Shown here in pieces: positions 16,827 to 27,401 of a stretch of 64,000 nt of DNA. Below the pieces are notes generated by a model, which was not told the origin of the DNA, ran no database searches, and saw only the letters and a list, made by a program, of their open reading frames with translations. A program made the position numbers and the translations under genes. Positions within the stretch are counted from its first letter, which is position 1, and every line of letters starts with the position of its first letter. Origin of the DNA: Acidimicrobiia bacterium (GTDB lineage: Bacteria > Actinomycetota > Acidimicrobiia > Spongiisociales > ZC4RG35); the NCBI GenBank assembly GCA_028284765.1, contig JANQRA010000023.1, positions 96,694 to 160,693 on the forward strand, in the 5' to 3' direction.

Positions 16827-18335
16827 ATGTCCGCAACGATCTCTAGAGGCTTCTTGAGGCTGCGAGGTGCCCTCCTGGCGCTTCTAGCCGTCGCAGCTAC
16901 TCCTCTGCACCTCTACGCAGCAAACCCGGTTGGCATACCGAGGCCGGAGCGCCTACTTGGACTGACTATCGCCGTCTGGCTTTGTGCCATCGCCGTTTTG
17001 TTTTTTCTTCAACGTGCGGGCGTTCGACAGGTGGTCGCTGAGAACTCGGTGTTTGTGGGGACCGCCCTTCTTATGGTCGGCGGGGCCGTTTTCGGACGGT
17101 TCGGCCCTGCACTCATGCTTCTCGCGACGCTGTGTTCGATTGCTGTGTCGGTCCTGGTCTTCCGTGCCTTCGCTGACCATTGGGTGGTCATGGGGTTGAT
17201 TACTGCAGTTGCAGTTGGGCTGATGGTCGGCCCCCTGTTCACGTATCTGGAATCGAGGTCGTCGCAGGCAGGCCCGAGCGCTGTGCAACCGCCCGGCCCG
17301 CTGGAGATAGAAATGACCAAGAAGCCTGATATCTACGTCGTCGTCTTCGATGGGTACCCAGGGTCGCTCGCACTTGCTCAGGACGAGATTGGAGATGGAG
17401 AGGTTGACCTACACGCGGAACTCAATTCCCGTGGGTTCCAGGTCCCAACGAGTTGGACCTCCTACTGGACCACGACCCTTGCTATCCCAAGCCTTCTAGA
17501 AATGGGATATCCGGTCACTTCAGGAGACCCCACGTCCCTCGAAAGCATCGACCGTTTACAGAAGAGCATCGGCGGAGACAACGAGACTCGAAGAGTGTTG
17601 GAGGAGAACGGGTATCGGACTCACATGGTCGAAGCAGGGTGGAGCGGTGGCTCCTGCGGGAGTGGATTCGACCAATGTGAGCCGTCCCCGATGCTCGACG
17701 ACGTCATGTTTCTCACGACATATCGAACCGCAGCCCGTCCCATCCTGGGCCTATCTGCAGGACCGTTCGCTGTAGGAACGCTCGCGGCATTTGATTGGTT
17801 GATCGAAAATGGGCCGTCCCTATCGACGAACGCGAGCCCCGATTTCGTTTTCACTCATGTGGTGGCACCCCATGCTCCGTACGTTTTACAGGGAGACTGC
17901 TCACGGACTGGCGACGAGCGAACGGTTACGGCCGGTTTCGTCGACGAGGAATCTACGGTCAGCTCCGGAGAGGGGCTGGAGGCGCAGATGGACTGTGTCG
18001 AGAGTCTGATGGTGGATTTCGTCGATCGCTTGCAGGAAGACGACGTCGTCGTCCTGGTTTCCGATCACGGCTCGGCCAGTCGTGGCCAACTCGACGAATC
18101 AAATGCCCCTTGGACACAGGAGGCAATTGTCGAGAGGATGAACAACCTCGTTGCAGCACGTCTCCCCGACTCGTGCAGAGTCGCTGACCCTGTGATGCTC
18201 CCAAACGTCATGCGTCACGTGTTCTCTTGCTTCTCGAGTCAAGAACTCGCGCCATTGCCAGAGCGCATGTGGGTCAATCCTATGGTTGAGATTGAGAGCG
18301 ATGTTCTCGCATCCCTTCTCGGCATGGCTCCCTGA
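16827..18335 (+). CDS. Membrane-anchored alkaline-phosphatase-superfamily transferase (EptA/LtaS-like), paralogue 1
   Basis: About 5 N-terminal TM helices, then [59 protein letters not shown] and VVLVSDHGS. No sulfatase C/SxPxR motif. Starts 4 nt after the coaE stop. Confidence 0.7.
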   Translation: MSATISRGFLRLRGALLALLAVAATPLHLYAANPVGIPRPERLLGLTIAVWLCAIAVLFFLQRAGVRQVVAENSVFVGTALLMVGGAVFGRFGPALMLLATLCSIAVSVLVFRAFADHWVVMGLITAVAVGLMVGPLFTYLESRSSQAGPSAVQPPGPLEIEMTKKPDIYVVVFDGYPGSLALAQDEIGDGEVDLHAELNSRGFQVPTSWTSYWTTTLAIPSLLEMGYPVTSGDPTSLESIDRLQKSIGGDNETRRVLEENGYRTHMVEAGWSGGSCGSGFDQCEPSPMLDDVMFLTTYRTAARPILGLSAGPFAVGTLAAFDWLIENGPSLSTNASPDFVFTHVVAPHAPYVLQGDCSRTGDERTVTAGFVDEESTVSSGEGLEAQMDCVESLMVDFVDRLQEDDVVVLVSDHGSASRGQLDESNAPWTQEAIVERMNNLVAARLPDSCRVADPVMLPNVMRHVFSCFSSQELAPLPERMWVNPMVEIESDVLASLLGMAP

Positions 18336-18358
18336 CACCACTTTCTGTCCCAGAGCAC

Positions 18359-20380
18359 TTGTACCCTTGTGCTGTGCCTCGCTTCGAAGTCCTTTCTGAG
18401 TTCCAACCTGCCGGTGACCAGCCGAAAGCCATCCAAACCCTGGCCGAGGGGATCAACCGTGGGGATCGTTTCCAGACCCTTCTCGGGATAACGGGTTCTG
18501 GTAAATCGGCAACTATCGCCTGGACGATCGAGCAGGTGCAGAAGCCGACCCTCGTGTTGGCGCCGAACAAAGCGTTGGCAGCCCAATTGGCCAACGAGTT
18601 CCGACAGTTCTTCCCGAGCAATCGGGTCGAGTACTTCGTCTCGTACTACGACTACTACCAGCCAGAGGCCTATATCCCTCAGTCCGACACGTTCATCGAG
18701 AAGGACGCCACGGTAAACGATGAGATCGATCGGCTCCGGCATGCAGCGACGGCCGGTCTGCTGGTCAGGGACGACGTGATCATCGTGGCTTCGGTGTCTG
18801 CGATCTATGGCCTCGGCTCGCCTGAGCAGTATGAGGGTCAGCTTCTGAGGCTTGTTCAAGGCGTTGAATACCCGATGCAAGAGGCCATCAAACGTCTGGT
18901 TGAGATTCAATACGAACGCAACGAGGTCAATCTGATCCGCGGCAAGTTCCGGGTGCGGGGCGACACGCTGGAGGTCTTCCCTTCATACGACGAAACGATC
19001 GTCAGAGTCCAGTTCTGGGGTGACGAGGTGGAGAGGATTGTCAGGCTCAACCCGGTGACGGGAGAGGTCGTGGAAGAGCTGACTGAGCTCTTTGTGTTTC
19101 CGGCCACCCACTACGTAACTGAAAGGGAGCGTCTCCTTAAGGCGATCGCGGGCATCGAGCAAGAGCTCGGAGAAGAACTGGGGAAACTGGAAAGGGGTGG
19201 AAAGCTGCTCGAAGCCCAAAGGCTTCGAATGCGGACCCACTACGACCTCGAGATGATGCGAGAGGTTGGTTTCTGCAACGGGATCGAGAACTACTCGCGG
19301 CATCTCGACGGGCGTGACCCCGGCCAAGCCCCCTACACCCTGCTCGACTACTTCCCTGATGACTACTTGACGATCATCGATGAGTCACATGTGACGGTTC
19401 CCCAGATCGGGGGGCAATACGAGGGAGACCGATCACGCAAGGATGTACTGGTTGAGCACGGGTTTCGATTGCCCTCCGCGAAAGACAATCGTCCGCTTCG
19501 CTTCGACGAGTGGCTTGACCGCGCCAACCAAGTGGTTTTCCTGTCAGCCACGCCGTCAGACTTCGAGATCGGACACTCGACCCAGGTGGTCGAACAGATC
19601 ATCAGGCCTACTGGCTTGGTGGACCCGGAAGTGATGATCCGACCCACCAAAGGTCAGATCGACGATCTCCTGGACGAGATCAAAGAGCGTGCGGTACTGG
19701 ACCAGCGTGTCTTGGTCACGACTCTGACCAAGAAGATGGCGGAGGACCTGACTGACTATCTGTTGGAGATGGGAGTTCGAGCCCGATACATGCACTCAGA
19801 GATCGACACGTTGGAACGAGTCCAGATCATGCGAGAGCTACGTCTGGGAGAGTTTGACGTGCTGGTTGGCATCAACCTCCTCCGTGAGGGGCTAGATCTT
19901 CCCGAGGTTTCACTGGTGGCGATTCTCGACGCCGACAAGGAAGGATTCCTTCGCTCTGAGACCTCGTTGATCCAGATCATCGGCCGTGCGGCACGAAACG
20001 TCGACGGGCAAGTCGTGATGTATGCCGACAACATCACGGATTCGATGAAGAAGGCGATTCACGAGACCAATCGACGACGTCAGGTTCAGCAGGATTGGAA
20101 CGAGGAGCACGGGATTGACCCACAGACCGTTCGGAAGCGGGTTTCGGATATCCTCGAACTGGTTCAGAGCGATGCACCTTCGGCGGATCGGCGGCGACGA
20201 GAGGTGGAAAGGCGGGCACCGATCGACCTTGAAGGTGAAGACCTGGCGCGTCTTGTGTTGAGTCTCGAAGAAGAGATGCACGAGGCAGCCAAGGATCTGC
20301 GCTTCGAATACGCAGCGCGACTTCGTGACGAGGTCAACGAGTTGAAACGTGAGCTACGTGAGGTGGCTGAGGCGGGCTAG
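18359..20380 (+). CDS. uvrB: Excinuclease ABC subunit B
   Basis: GITGSGKS Walker A, the beta-hairpin region [10 protein letters not shown], helicase motifs, and a C-terminal UVR domain ([11 protein letters not shown]). The start may be GTG 18374. Confidence 0.95.
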   Translation: MYPCAVPRFEVLSEFQPAGDQPKAIQTLAEGINRGDRFQTLLGITGSGKSATIAWTIEQVQKPTLVLAPNKALAAQLANEFRQFFPSNRVEYFVSYYDYYQPEAYIPQSDTFIEKDATVNDEIDRLRHAATAGLLVRDDVIIVASVSAIYGLGSPEQYEGQLLRLVQGVEYPMQEAIKRLVEIQYERNEVNLIRGKFRVRGDTLEVFPSYDETIVRVQFWGDEVERIVRLNPVTGEVVEELTELFVFPATHYVTERERLLKAIAGIEQELGEELGKLERGGKLLEAQRLRMRTHYDLEMMREVGFCNGIENYSRHLDGRDPGQAPYTLLDYFPDDYLTIIDESHVTVPQIGGQYEGDRSRKDVLVEHGFRLPSAKDNRPLRFDEWLDRANQVVFLSATPSDFEIGHSTQVVEQIIRPTGLVDPEVMIRPTKGQIDDLLDEIKERAVLDQRVLVTTLTKKMAEDLTDYLLEMGVRARYMHSEIDTLERVQIMRELRLGEFDVLVGINLLREGLDLPEVSLVAILDADKEGFLRSETSLIQIIGRAARNVDGQVVMYADNITDSMKKAIHETNRRRQVQQDWNEEHGIDPQTVRKRVSDILELVQSDAPSADRRRREVERRAPIDLEGEDLARLVLSLEEEMHEAAKDLRFEYAARLRDEVNELKRELREVAEAG

Positions 20381-20432
20381 ATAGCCCAAGCTAGGATCTG
20401 GACTGGGGATTCAGATCGGTCTTGGAGGCGGT

Positions 20433-21941
20433 TTGGCGATTCGAGTGGGCTTCGTTTTGGTTGTCGCGGCGGTCTATGTGCCGCTCCGAGTGCTCATCTC
20501 CAATCACGACAAGTTTCCGCACTTGGAGCGGTTTGCGGCGATAGTTGCTGTGTATCTAGTCCTGGCTGTTGTCTTCTTCGTTGTTGCTCGCCGGTTGGGA
20601 GCAGCTCATTTGCCGGCGCTCTTCGGTTCCGCCGTCTGGATCGTGTTGCTCTCGTCCGGGCGTAACCTGGCTGTTCAGCTCCCATGGAGCCTCGCCCTAG
20701 TGCTGACACTGATTGTGGCCGCCATGATCACTTTCATCGTGGGGAGGCTTCCCGACGGGTTTCAGCGGATCGCACCGATGGGGTTCGCGTTGTTTCTCCT
20801 TGCCGGTTTGGTACTTCCGGCGCTCGATATCCTCGAAGACATTTCCGAAGCCGATGTTGAAACGGCAGTTGCCACACCCCGCTCCAGCTTGCCGGAGTCA
20901 GCAGCCAGCACACCAGACGTGTTCCTGATCGTGCTCGATGGGATGGTGGGTGACGCGGCTCTGCGCACGGCTTATGGCGTCGAAGGCGGTGCGCCTCAAC
21001 ACAACACTCCCACCGCGAGTGGCTGGTCGAGCTACCCCGTCAGTTTGGGATCGATGTCAAGCGTCCTCAATATGGATCACACGCTTGAAGCTGGTTCGAT
21101 ACTTGACGGCCCCACACGCTCACAACTAGCGGAGATCATCAGTGGGGACAATCGGGCTACCACTTGGTTCAAAGAGGCTGGATACGAGACGACACTGGTC
21201 GAGTCAGGGTGGTCGCGGTCCTACTGCGGTTCGGCGATCGACACGTGTGTTGACTCCGCTTTTCTCGATGAGGGGATCTTCGAGGTTGTTCGTCAATCAG
21301 TGTTGGGCACTTTGCTGGAAAAGACCCTTGGGAGCGCCCTCACGATAGGAGCGCAACACTCGATGGAATGGCTACTCGAAAACACCCCACGGATCACCTC
21401 TGATGAGACTCCCGATTTCGTCTTCGCGACAGTCCTAGTCCCACACCCTCCACTCTTTCTGGACAGCGAGTGTGAGTTTCGGTATGACCCGATTCTCGGC
21501 GGGAACGGAATGTACATCGGTGGGTTGGCTGCTGGCGAACGAGAGGCGGCATATCTGGAGCAGTTCGAATGCGCCCAGCTCTTTGAGGCTACGTTCCTCC
21601 AGGTGGTGGAGCCGGACGACGTAGTTTTGATAATTTCGGACCACGGTTCTGACAAGGCCGGCCAGCTCACCAAGCAGGCCGAAGAATGGACTCTCGAAGA
21701 CCGCGTAGAGCGGTTGAACGTGCGAGCCACGACTCAGCTGCCCGATGGATGTGAGGAAGTCGATCCACTCATGCTGGTCGATGTACTTCGAAGGACACTC
21801 TTCTGCTTGGCCGGGATCCCCAACAGCCAACCGTTGGAGCATCGGATATTCATCTCAAGTCTGGTCGACGAGCCGAAGGTCCTTCTCATCGATGAGATGA
21901 CTGGTGGAGAGCTTGTCGAGTTGCTCGACGTCGGGCGTTAG
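20433..21941 (+). CDS. Membrane-anchored alkaline-phosphatase-superfamily transferase, paralogue 2
   Basis: N-terminal TM block, then TPDVFLIVLDGMVG, SYPVSLGSMSSVL (Ser at the presumed nucleophile position), GYETTLVESGWSRSYCG, PDFVFATVLVPHPPLF and VVLIISDHGS. Confidence 0.7.
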   Translation: MAIRVGFVLVVAAVYVPLRVLISNHDKFPHLERFAAIVAVYLVLAVVFFVVARRLGAAHLPALFGSAVWIVLLSSGRNLAVQLPWSLALVLTLIVAAMITFIVGRLPDGFQRIAPMGFALFLLAGLVLPALDILEDISEADVETAVATPRSSLPESAASTPDVFLIVLDGMVGDAALRTAYGVEGGAPQHNTPTASGWSSYPVSLGSMSSVLNMDHTLEAGSILDGPTRSQLAEIISGDNRATTWFKEAGYETTLVESGWSRSYCGSAIDTCVDSAFLDEGIFEVVRQSVLGTLLEKTLGSALTIGAQHSMEWLLENTPRITSDETPDFVFATVLVPHPPLFLDSECEFRYDPILGGNGMYIGGLAAGEREAAYLEQFECAQLFEATFLQVVEPDDVVLIISDHGSDKAGQLTKQAEEWTLEDRVERLNVRATTQLPDGCEEVDPLMLVDVLRRTLFCLAGIPNSQPLEHRIFISSLVDEPKVLLIDEMTGGELVELLDVGR

Positions 21942-22150
21942 AACGACCTCTCGAGCTCTTCGTCCGAGGGCTCACTGGCACTTGGGTTCACGTGGGATTC
22001 CGTCCCCGACTCCCCGCGCAGTCGCGCCATCATTATGTTGAAACCTCGTCGAACGTATTGCCAGCCAAGTCCCACCACGGCCAACGCACCGAGGAGAACT
22101 TGCATGATGGCGGAGCCCGTGACCGGGTCGAGGTACGCAATAATCGTCAT
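21938..22150 (-). CDS. Small single-TM protein (70 aa) with AYLDPVTGS N-terminus
   Basis: MTIIAYLDPVTGSAIMQVLLGALAVVGLGW, then a basic patch and an acidic tail. Starts 10 nt downstream of paralogue 3. Paralogous to the ORF at 28585..28767. Confidence 0.6.
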   Translation of the reverse strand: MTIIAYLDPVTGSAIMQVLLGALAVVGLGWQYVRRGFNIMMARLRGESGTESHVNPSASEPSDEELERSF

Positions 22151-22159
22151 GCTCTGAAT

Positions 22160-23767
22160 CTAACCTTCGCTATTCCTTCCGGTCTCTAAGTCGGCAGACT
22201 CATCCGGATCCTTGAGAGGTATGACGGGCCCCTCGTACGTCGCGGCGTGGTACGAGCCCGGGAGCAGGCTTAGCTGGTTTGGTTGGATACACGAGAGCGC
22301 TATGCGCAGCAGATTGACCAGGTCCAAGTCTTCCGGTACCTCGGAGTCGCAGGAGGCAGGCAGGCGCAATGCGGTCATCGTCGCAAGACGCTCCCAGAGT
22401 TGGGTCTCGGTCCAACTTGACACGTCTGCGCCGAGCGTTCCTTCTGAGTCGGGTCCGTGGTCGGCCGTGATAATCACGATCTCTTCACCGGACAACTGTG
22501 TCAGGAAGTCTTCGATGACGGCGTTAGCGCAACGTAATTGTTCGATGTATGCGTCCTTTCTGAGCTCGAGGTGCTCTTCGGAGGTGACTTCCCACGTCAT
22601 AGTGGGGCCACCGAACCCTTCGCGCACATCGACATCGCAATCTGCGTCGAGATAGAAGGGCGGATGAGGGAGCTCGAGGTGGAGGAACGCAAAGACGGGA
22701 GCCGAGCCCCACTCGCTTCTGATTGAGCGCCAGCTACGAAGCTGATCGATGCGTTTCAGGTTCAGGTTGGTCTCCGGCTCCCCCGTGCGCGGATAAAGGA
22801 ATGGACCCAGTGGAGTGTCGGCGAGCAATCTGAAGACCGTTGCCTTTATGGGCGGACCGGGCAAGCAAATGTCGACCTCGTCTGTGCAGCGATTGATCCA
22901 GGTTTGCGTGTCACCGTGTACGTAGGTGTATCCGGAGCTCTTCAGGTATCGAACGGTGTTGTTGTCGCCGCCCATCATTTCTGCGAGCCGATCAAGATCT
23001 GCGGCTCCCAACGAAGTTCCGTCCTTGATTGGGTAGGCGAGGTCAAGGACTGAAGGGACGGAAGAGTGGGTGCCCGTGTAGTTAGCGCGAGCGTGTGAGG
23101 GAACAGTGAATCCCTGCGCCTCAAGGCCGCTGATGAACGCAGAATTGTCGTAGCCGTATAGATCCAGAAGCACGTCGCCGCGGGCGTACGAATCGACGAC
23201 GACGAACACAACATCCGGTTTGGCAGTCGCCGTACCAAGCTCGGGTTGCTCCGTTGCTGCAACCACCGGATCTGGCGTAGACGCGATTGATACCGCCAGC
23301 AAAACCAACATAGTTCCGGACAACGTGACGCTTGCCACGAACGCTCCCTTGCGTAGCAGGAGTGATGAGGAGAATCGTCTGGCCGCTGCGATGACAGCGG
23401 CTGCCACCAGAAGCGTGAGAACGGGTACACCTAACAGCTCGCCAGTGCTGCCAAAAGCGCCCCAATGCCAGAAGAAGAGCAGTGCAGCAGATGTCATCTC
23501 CAGGCTCGCCCACGATCCGACGGCCCGTCGCAACAGGGCGTGGGCAACCAGCGACAGAGCGAACACGAGGGCTCCGGTCAGAAGGGCCTCGGATTCCGAA
23601 GCTAGGGACCGTTGAGATCCGGTGAGAACGGAAAGGGGTATATGGAACGAGAGCGCTCCAAGCTGAAGGGCCACCCACCAAGCCGGAGGGCCGGTGTCGT
23701 CGGGTCGGCCCGAAGACAGGTCAGCCGTCGTTTGATCGGGTTTCATCAGTTTTGGTGATTGTCGCAT
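22160..23767 (-). CDS. Membrane-anchored alkaline-phosphatase-superfamily transferase, paralogue 3
   Basis: N-terminal TM block, then KPDVVFVVVDSYARG, NYTGTHSSVPSVL, GYTYVHGDTQTWINRC, PVFAFLHLELPHPPFY and IVIITADHGP. Confidence 0.7.
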   Translation of the reverse strand: MRQSPKLMKPDQTTADLSSGRPDDTGPPAWWVALQLGALSFHIPLSVLTGSQRSLASESEALLTGALVFALSLVAHALLRRAVGSWASLEMTSAALLFFWHWGAFGSTGELLGVPVLTLLVAAAVIAAARRFSSSLLLRKGAFVASVTLSGTMLVLLAVSIASTPDPVVAATEQPELGTATAKPDVVFVVVDSYARGDVLLDLYGYDNSAFISGLEAQGFTVPSHARANYTGTHSSVPSVLDLAYPIKDGTSLGAADLDRLAEMMGGDNNTVRYLKSSGYTYVHGDTQTWINRCTDEVDICLPGPPIKATVFRLLADTPLGPFLYPRTGEPETNLNLKRIDQLRSWRSIRSEWGSAPVFAFLHLELPHPPFYLDADCDVDVREGFGGPTMTWEVTSEEHLELRKDAYIEQLRCANAVIEDFLTQLSGEEIVIITADHGPDSEGTLGADVSSWTETQLWERLATMTALRLPASCDSEVPEDLDLVNLLRIALSCIQPNQLSLLPGSYHAATYEGPVIPLKDPDESADLETGRNSEG

Positions 23768-23864
23768 TGAGCCTCAACTTCTCGCCTGATATACCGAGAA
23801 GAGTTGAAATCCCCATCGGCATGCCGCCTTGGCAGCCCTAACAACTGCGAAGCTTGGAGGCAAC

Positions 23865-25187
23865 ATGAATCCTTCGAATCACTACAAAGAAACATCGGCA
23901 ACGGTCTATGTCGCCATGAGTGCAGATATTGTCCACCCTGGGCACATCAACATTCTCGAACACGCCCGCCAGTTGGGTCAGGTAACGATTGGGTTACTGA
24001 CAGACGAAGCCATCGCTAGCTACAAGCGCGCCCCCCTGATGTCATACGCCGAACGTGAGGCAGTAGTGGCAGTCCTTAAGGGCGTCACGAACGTCGTGCC
24101 GCAATCGACACTGGACTACCGGCCCAATCTCGAGCGACTCAAGCCTGACTATGTCGTCCACGGCGACGACTGGAAAGAAGGTGTTCAGGCGAAAACGAGG
24201 CAGCAGGTGATTGACGTTCTCGAGACTTGGGGTGGGGAGCTTGTAGAAGTTCCTTACACCGAAGGAATCTCATCGACACGCGTCCATCAGGCTATAGCTG
24301 CCAACGGGACTACCCCCGCCCTTCGTCGTCGCTACCTGAAGCGATTGCTAGACGTGAAGTCGCCAGTCAGAGTCATTGAAGCCCACAGTGGGCTGTCGGG
24401 TCTCATAGTTGAACACGCTTCTGTCTCGTTGGATGCAGGAGCAACGGCGAGCTTCGATGGAATGTGGTTGTCGAGCCTCACTGACTCGACGGTGAAGGGA
24501 CGGCCGGACACCGAATACGTCGATCTCACGTCTCGCATGTCCACGATCGGAGATGTCATGGAGGTCACGACTAAGCCGATCATCTACGACGGGGACACTG
24601 GTGGCTTGCCGGAGCACTTCGCGCTGAAGGTCAAGAGCCTTGAGCGCTTGGGGGTTTCCGCAGTGGTGATAGAGGACAAGATCGGTCCGAAACGGAACTC
24701 TCTGTTTGGAACAGAGGTCCATCAGATTCAGGATGACCCGGACTCGTTTGCTGAGAAGATCCGAATTGCCAAAGACGCGCAGGCGACCGACGACTTCATG
24801 GTTATCGCCCGGATTGAGTCACTAATTCTCGACCAGGGACCCGAGGACGCAATCAAACGCGGCAACACCTATATAGATGCTGGGGTCGATGGCCTAATGA
24901 TCCACTCTCGCGACCAAGACACGACGGTCCTTAAGAGTGTGATGTCGGAGTTCAAAGGTCGCACGCCGCTAGTCAGCGTGCCTTCAGCCTTTCCGCAAGA
25001 GACCGAGGAAGACCTGGCTGAAGCTGGAGCGAACATCGTTATCTATGCGAACCATCTACTCCGGGCGTCTTATCCGGCGATGGTGTCGGTTGCGGAGTCG
25101 ATTCTGCGACATGGCCGTGCGCTCGAGGCGGAAGAACTCCTTCTCCCGATTTCGGAGGCCCTGAAGCTGATACCAGGAAACCAATGA
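23865..25187 (+). CDS. pepM: Fusion: TagD/GCT-type cytidylyltransferase + phosphoenolpyruvate mutase
   Basis: GGAGG lies 4 nt before ATG 23865. The N-terminal domain has HPGH (HxGH) and YTEGISSTR (RTxGISTT-like). The C-terminal domain has [11 protein letters not shown] and the PepM discriminator EDKxxxxxNS ([10 protein letters not shown]). Confidence 0.85.
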   Translation: MNPSNHYKETSATVYVAMSADIVHPGHINILEHARQLGQVTIGLLTDEAIASYKRAPLMSYAEREAVVAVLKGVTNVVPQSTLDYRPNLERLKPDYVVHGDDWKEGVQAKTRQQVIDVLETWGGELVEVPYTEGISSTRVHQAIAANGTTPALRRRYLKRLLDVKSPVRVIEAHSGLSGLIVEHASVSLDAGATASFDGMWLSSLTDSTVKGRPDTEYVDLTSRMSTIGDVMEVTTKPIIYDGDTGGLPEHFALKVKSLERLGVSAVVIEDKIGPKRNSLFGTEVHQIQDDPDSFAEKIRIAKDAQATDDFMVIARIESLILDQGPEDAIKRGNTYIDAGVDGLMIHSRDQDTTVLKSVMSEFKGRTPLVSVPSAFPQETEEDLAEAGANIVIYANHLLRASYPAMVSVAESILRHGRALEAEELLLPISEALKLIPGNQ

Positions 25188-26299
25188 TCGACCCGGCCCG
25201 GTTTGTCGAGGTCATTCAGGAGGAGGGGATTGAACTCTTCGCTGGGGTTCCCGATTCCCTCCTGAAGGCACTGAACACAGAACTCGACTTCGGGTCCGCA
25301 ACCAATGTTGTCGCTGCCAACGAGGGAGCTGCTGTCGCTCTCGCAGCGGGCCATTACATCGCTTCGGGGAAACCAGCGGCGGTCTACATGCAGAACTCGG
25401 GACTTGGCAATGCTGTGAACCCTTTGGCCTCCTTGACGAGTCCGGAGGTGTACGGGATACCAATGCTGTTGCTGATCGGGTGGCGTGGCGAGCCCGAAGT
25501 GCCAGACGCAGAACAACACCGACTCCAAGGGAAGATCACGCAGAACACGCTGGAGGACCTTGGCATCCCAAACTGGATGCTCAGGTCAGATTCGTCGGGG
25601 TGGGAGCAATTGGTTGGCGATGCCATCGAGGTGAGCGTCGAGCGATCAAGACCCGTTGCGTTCCTCATCTCGAAAGGCACCTTCGACACGCAACCGTCAC
25701 GTCCCGACCAAGATCCGGTTGGCTTGACTCGTCGTGCTGCGATTTCCGCCATCGTCGCAGGCATGCCGGATCGCACCCTGTACGTATCGACAACGGGGTA
25801 CACGTCCCGAGATCTTCACTCGATCCGTCGTGAACGCCGCGAGGCCGGCCGGCGCGACTTTCTTATGGTCGGCTCGATGGGGCACGCTATCTCAATCGCA
25901 CTCGGTGTCGCTCTCGAACGGCCGGACACTCCTGTCGTGTGTCTCGACGGAGATGGAGCGATGGCCATGCACATGGGGGCGTTGACGATGGTCGGTCAGG
26001 CAGTCCCCGCGAATCTCACACACGTCCTGCTCGACAATGGTGTTCATGAATCTGTAGGCGGGCAGCCGACTTCCCTCAACGGATTCGATTCTGCGGCCAT
26101 TGCTGCTGCTTGTGGCTACCGGTCGGTTCATTCGGTGAAAGATGAGGGGTCACTTGCGGCTCTGCTTATGCAGGTTCCCAACGTCCAAGGGCCAACATTC
26201 ATATCGATCAAGACTCGAGTGACTTCAACTGAGGGTGGCGACCGACCGTCCGACTTCTCAGGCCGTTTGGCCGCCTTGCGAAGCGACCTTGGCTCCTGA
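25184..26299 (+). CDS. ppd: Phosphonopyruvate decarboxylase (ThDP-dependent)
   Basis: N-terminus [24 protein letters not shown] and the ThDP motif [14 protein letters not shown]...LLDNGVHES. Has a 4-nt overlap with pepM. Confidence 0.85.
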   Translation: MIDPARFVEVIQEEGIELFAGVPDSLLKALNTELDFGSATNVVAANEGAAVALAAGHYIASGKPAAVYMQNSGLGNAVNPLASLTSPEVYGIPMLLLIGWRGEPEVPDAEQHRLQGKITQNTLEDLGIPNWMLRSDSSGWEQLVGDAIEVSVERSRPVAFLISKGTFDTQPSRPDQDPVGLTRRAAISAIVAGMPDRTLYVSTTGYTSRDLHSIRRERREAGRRDFLMVGSMGHAISIALGVALERPDTPVVCLDGDGAMAMHMGALTMVGQAVPANLTHVLLDNGVHESVGGQPTSLNGFDSAAIAAACGYRSVHSVKDEGSLAALLMQVPNVQGPTFISIKTRVTSTEGGDRPSDFSGRLAALRSDLGS

Positions 26300-27401
26300 A
26301 CTAATCCTCGGTCGCGGAAGCATCGATGGAATTCTGGAACTGGTACCTGATGCGACAGAAAGCATCCTGATAGTGCGCGGTTCCACTTCCTTCGAAGCGT
26401 CAGGTGCACGGGGCCGCCTTCGGCTTTCACTCGGAGGATTCGGACTAACCGAATACGTCCATTCCGCGCAACTGCCTAGCGCAGAGGAAGCCTTGGTGGC
26501 TGCCGGCGAGTTAGCCGCTCCCGACTTGATCGTTGCCGTTGGTGGGGGAGGTGTGATCGACACCGCAAAGCTCATTGCGGCAGCGTTGAGCAACGACCTG
26601 GACATCCGATCGCTTCTGGACGCGAGATTCTCGAACGCGATTCCAATCATTGCCGCTCCAACCACCGCGGGATCGGGGGCTGAAAGAACTCCTTTCGCCG
26701 TTGCCTATCAAGACGGGACGAAGTACTCGGTTGAAGACCCGTCACTACTTCCAGTCGGAGCAATTGTGGATCCGAGTCTCATGGAGTCGGTGCCCTCCAA
26801 CATCGCCGCCGCCGCGCTGTTCGACGCTCTTGCTCATGCGCTTGAGTCGATGTGGGCTGTGCGTTCCACCCCGAAGTCGCGGCTGTTGGCGAAGGACGCC
26901 TGCGAACAGATTCTGTCAGGGTTCTCGCAGGGGGGCTCATCCACGGCAAGCCGCGACCGCCTCGCATTTGGAGCGACCCTCGCCGGCGCGGCGATCGCTG
27001 TCGCGCGAACGACCGCTGCACACGCATTGTCTTACCATTTGACGAGCGAGTATCAGGTCCCTCACGGCGCAGCAGTAGCGTTGACTTTGGGTGCAATTCT
27101 CCGCTTGAACGCTGACTGCGACGATTCCAACTGCGTAGACCCACGCGGGTCTGCACACGTCCGTTCGGCAATCCGCGAGGCGTGCGACCTGCTGGGCGTC
27201 GACACACCGTTGGAGGCTCAGCGAGCGCTGCGTGCATTACAGGTTGACCTCGGATTGCCGCAGCGACTTTCTGAAGTCGGTTTGGTCGCTGCTTCTCAGC
27301 GACAACGATTCGCGGCGGCAGTGAACCAGCAACGTTTGGCCAACAATCCTCGACGTCTCGATGCAGTTGATATCCGTGACCTAGTTGAGGAGTTGGCCTG
27401 A
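26289..27401 (+). CDS. Group-III iron-containing alcohol dehydrogenase (candidate phosphonoacetaldehyde reductase)
   Basis: GGGGVIDTAK and PTTAGSGAE motifs. The start is uncertain: TTG 26289 gives a family-typical N-terminus, and the tracked GTG 26235 is also possible. The stop overlaps the next start by 1 nt. Confidence 0.75.
   Translation: MAPELILGRGSIDGILELVPDATESILIVRGSTSFEASGARGRLRLSLGGFGLTEYVHSAQLPSAEEALVAAGELAAPDLIVAVGGGGVIDTAKLIAAALSNDLDIRSLLDARFSNAIPIIAAPTTAGSGAERTPFAVAYQDGTKYSVEDPSLLPVGAIVDPSLMESVPSNIAAAALFDALAHALESMWAVRSTPKSRLLAKDACEQILSGFSQGGSSTASRDRLAFGATLAGAAIAVARTTAAHALSYHLTSEYQVPHGAAVALTLGAILRLNADCDDSNCVDPRGSAHVRSAIREACDLLGVDTPLEAQRALRALQVDLGLPQRLSEVGLVAASQRQRFAAAVNQQRLANNPRRLDAVDIRDLVEELA

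Noticed and set aside
16827-18335. Sulfatase annotation for the four alkaline-phosphatase-superfamily paralogues
   Set aside because: The C/SxPxR formylglycine motif is absent. The nucleophile context is T/S-x-x-S-V-P, as in phosphoethanolamine/phosphoglycerol transferases, and all four have N-terminal membrane domains.
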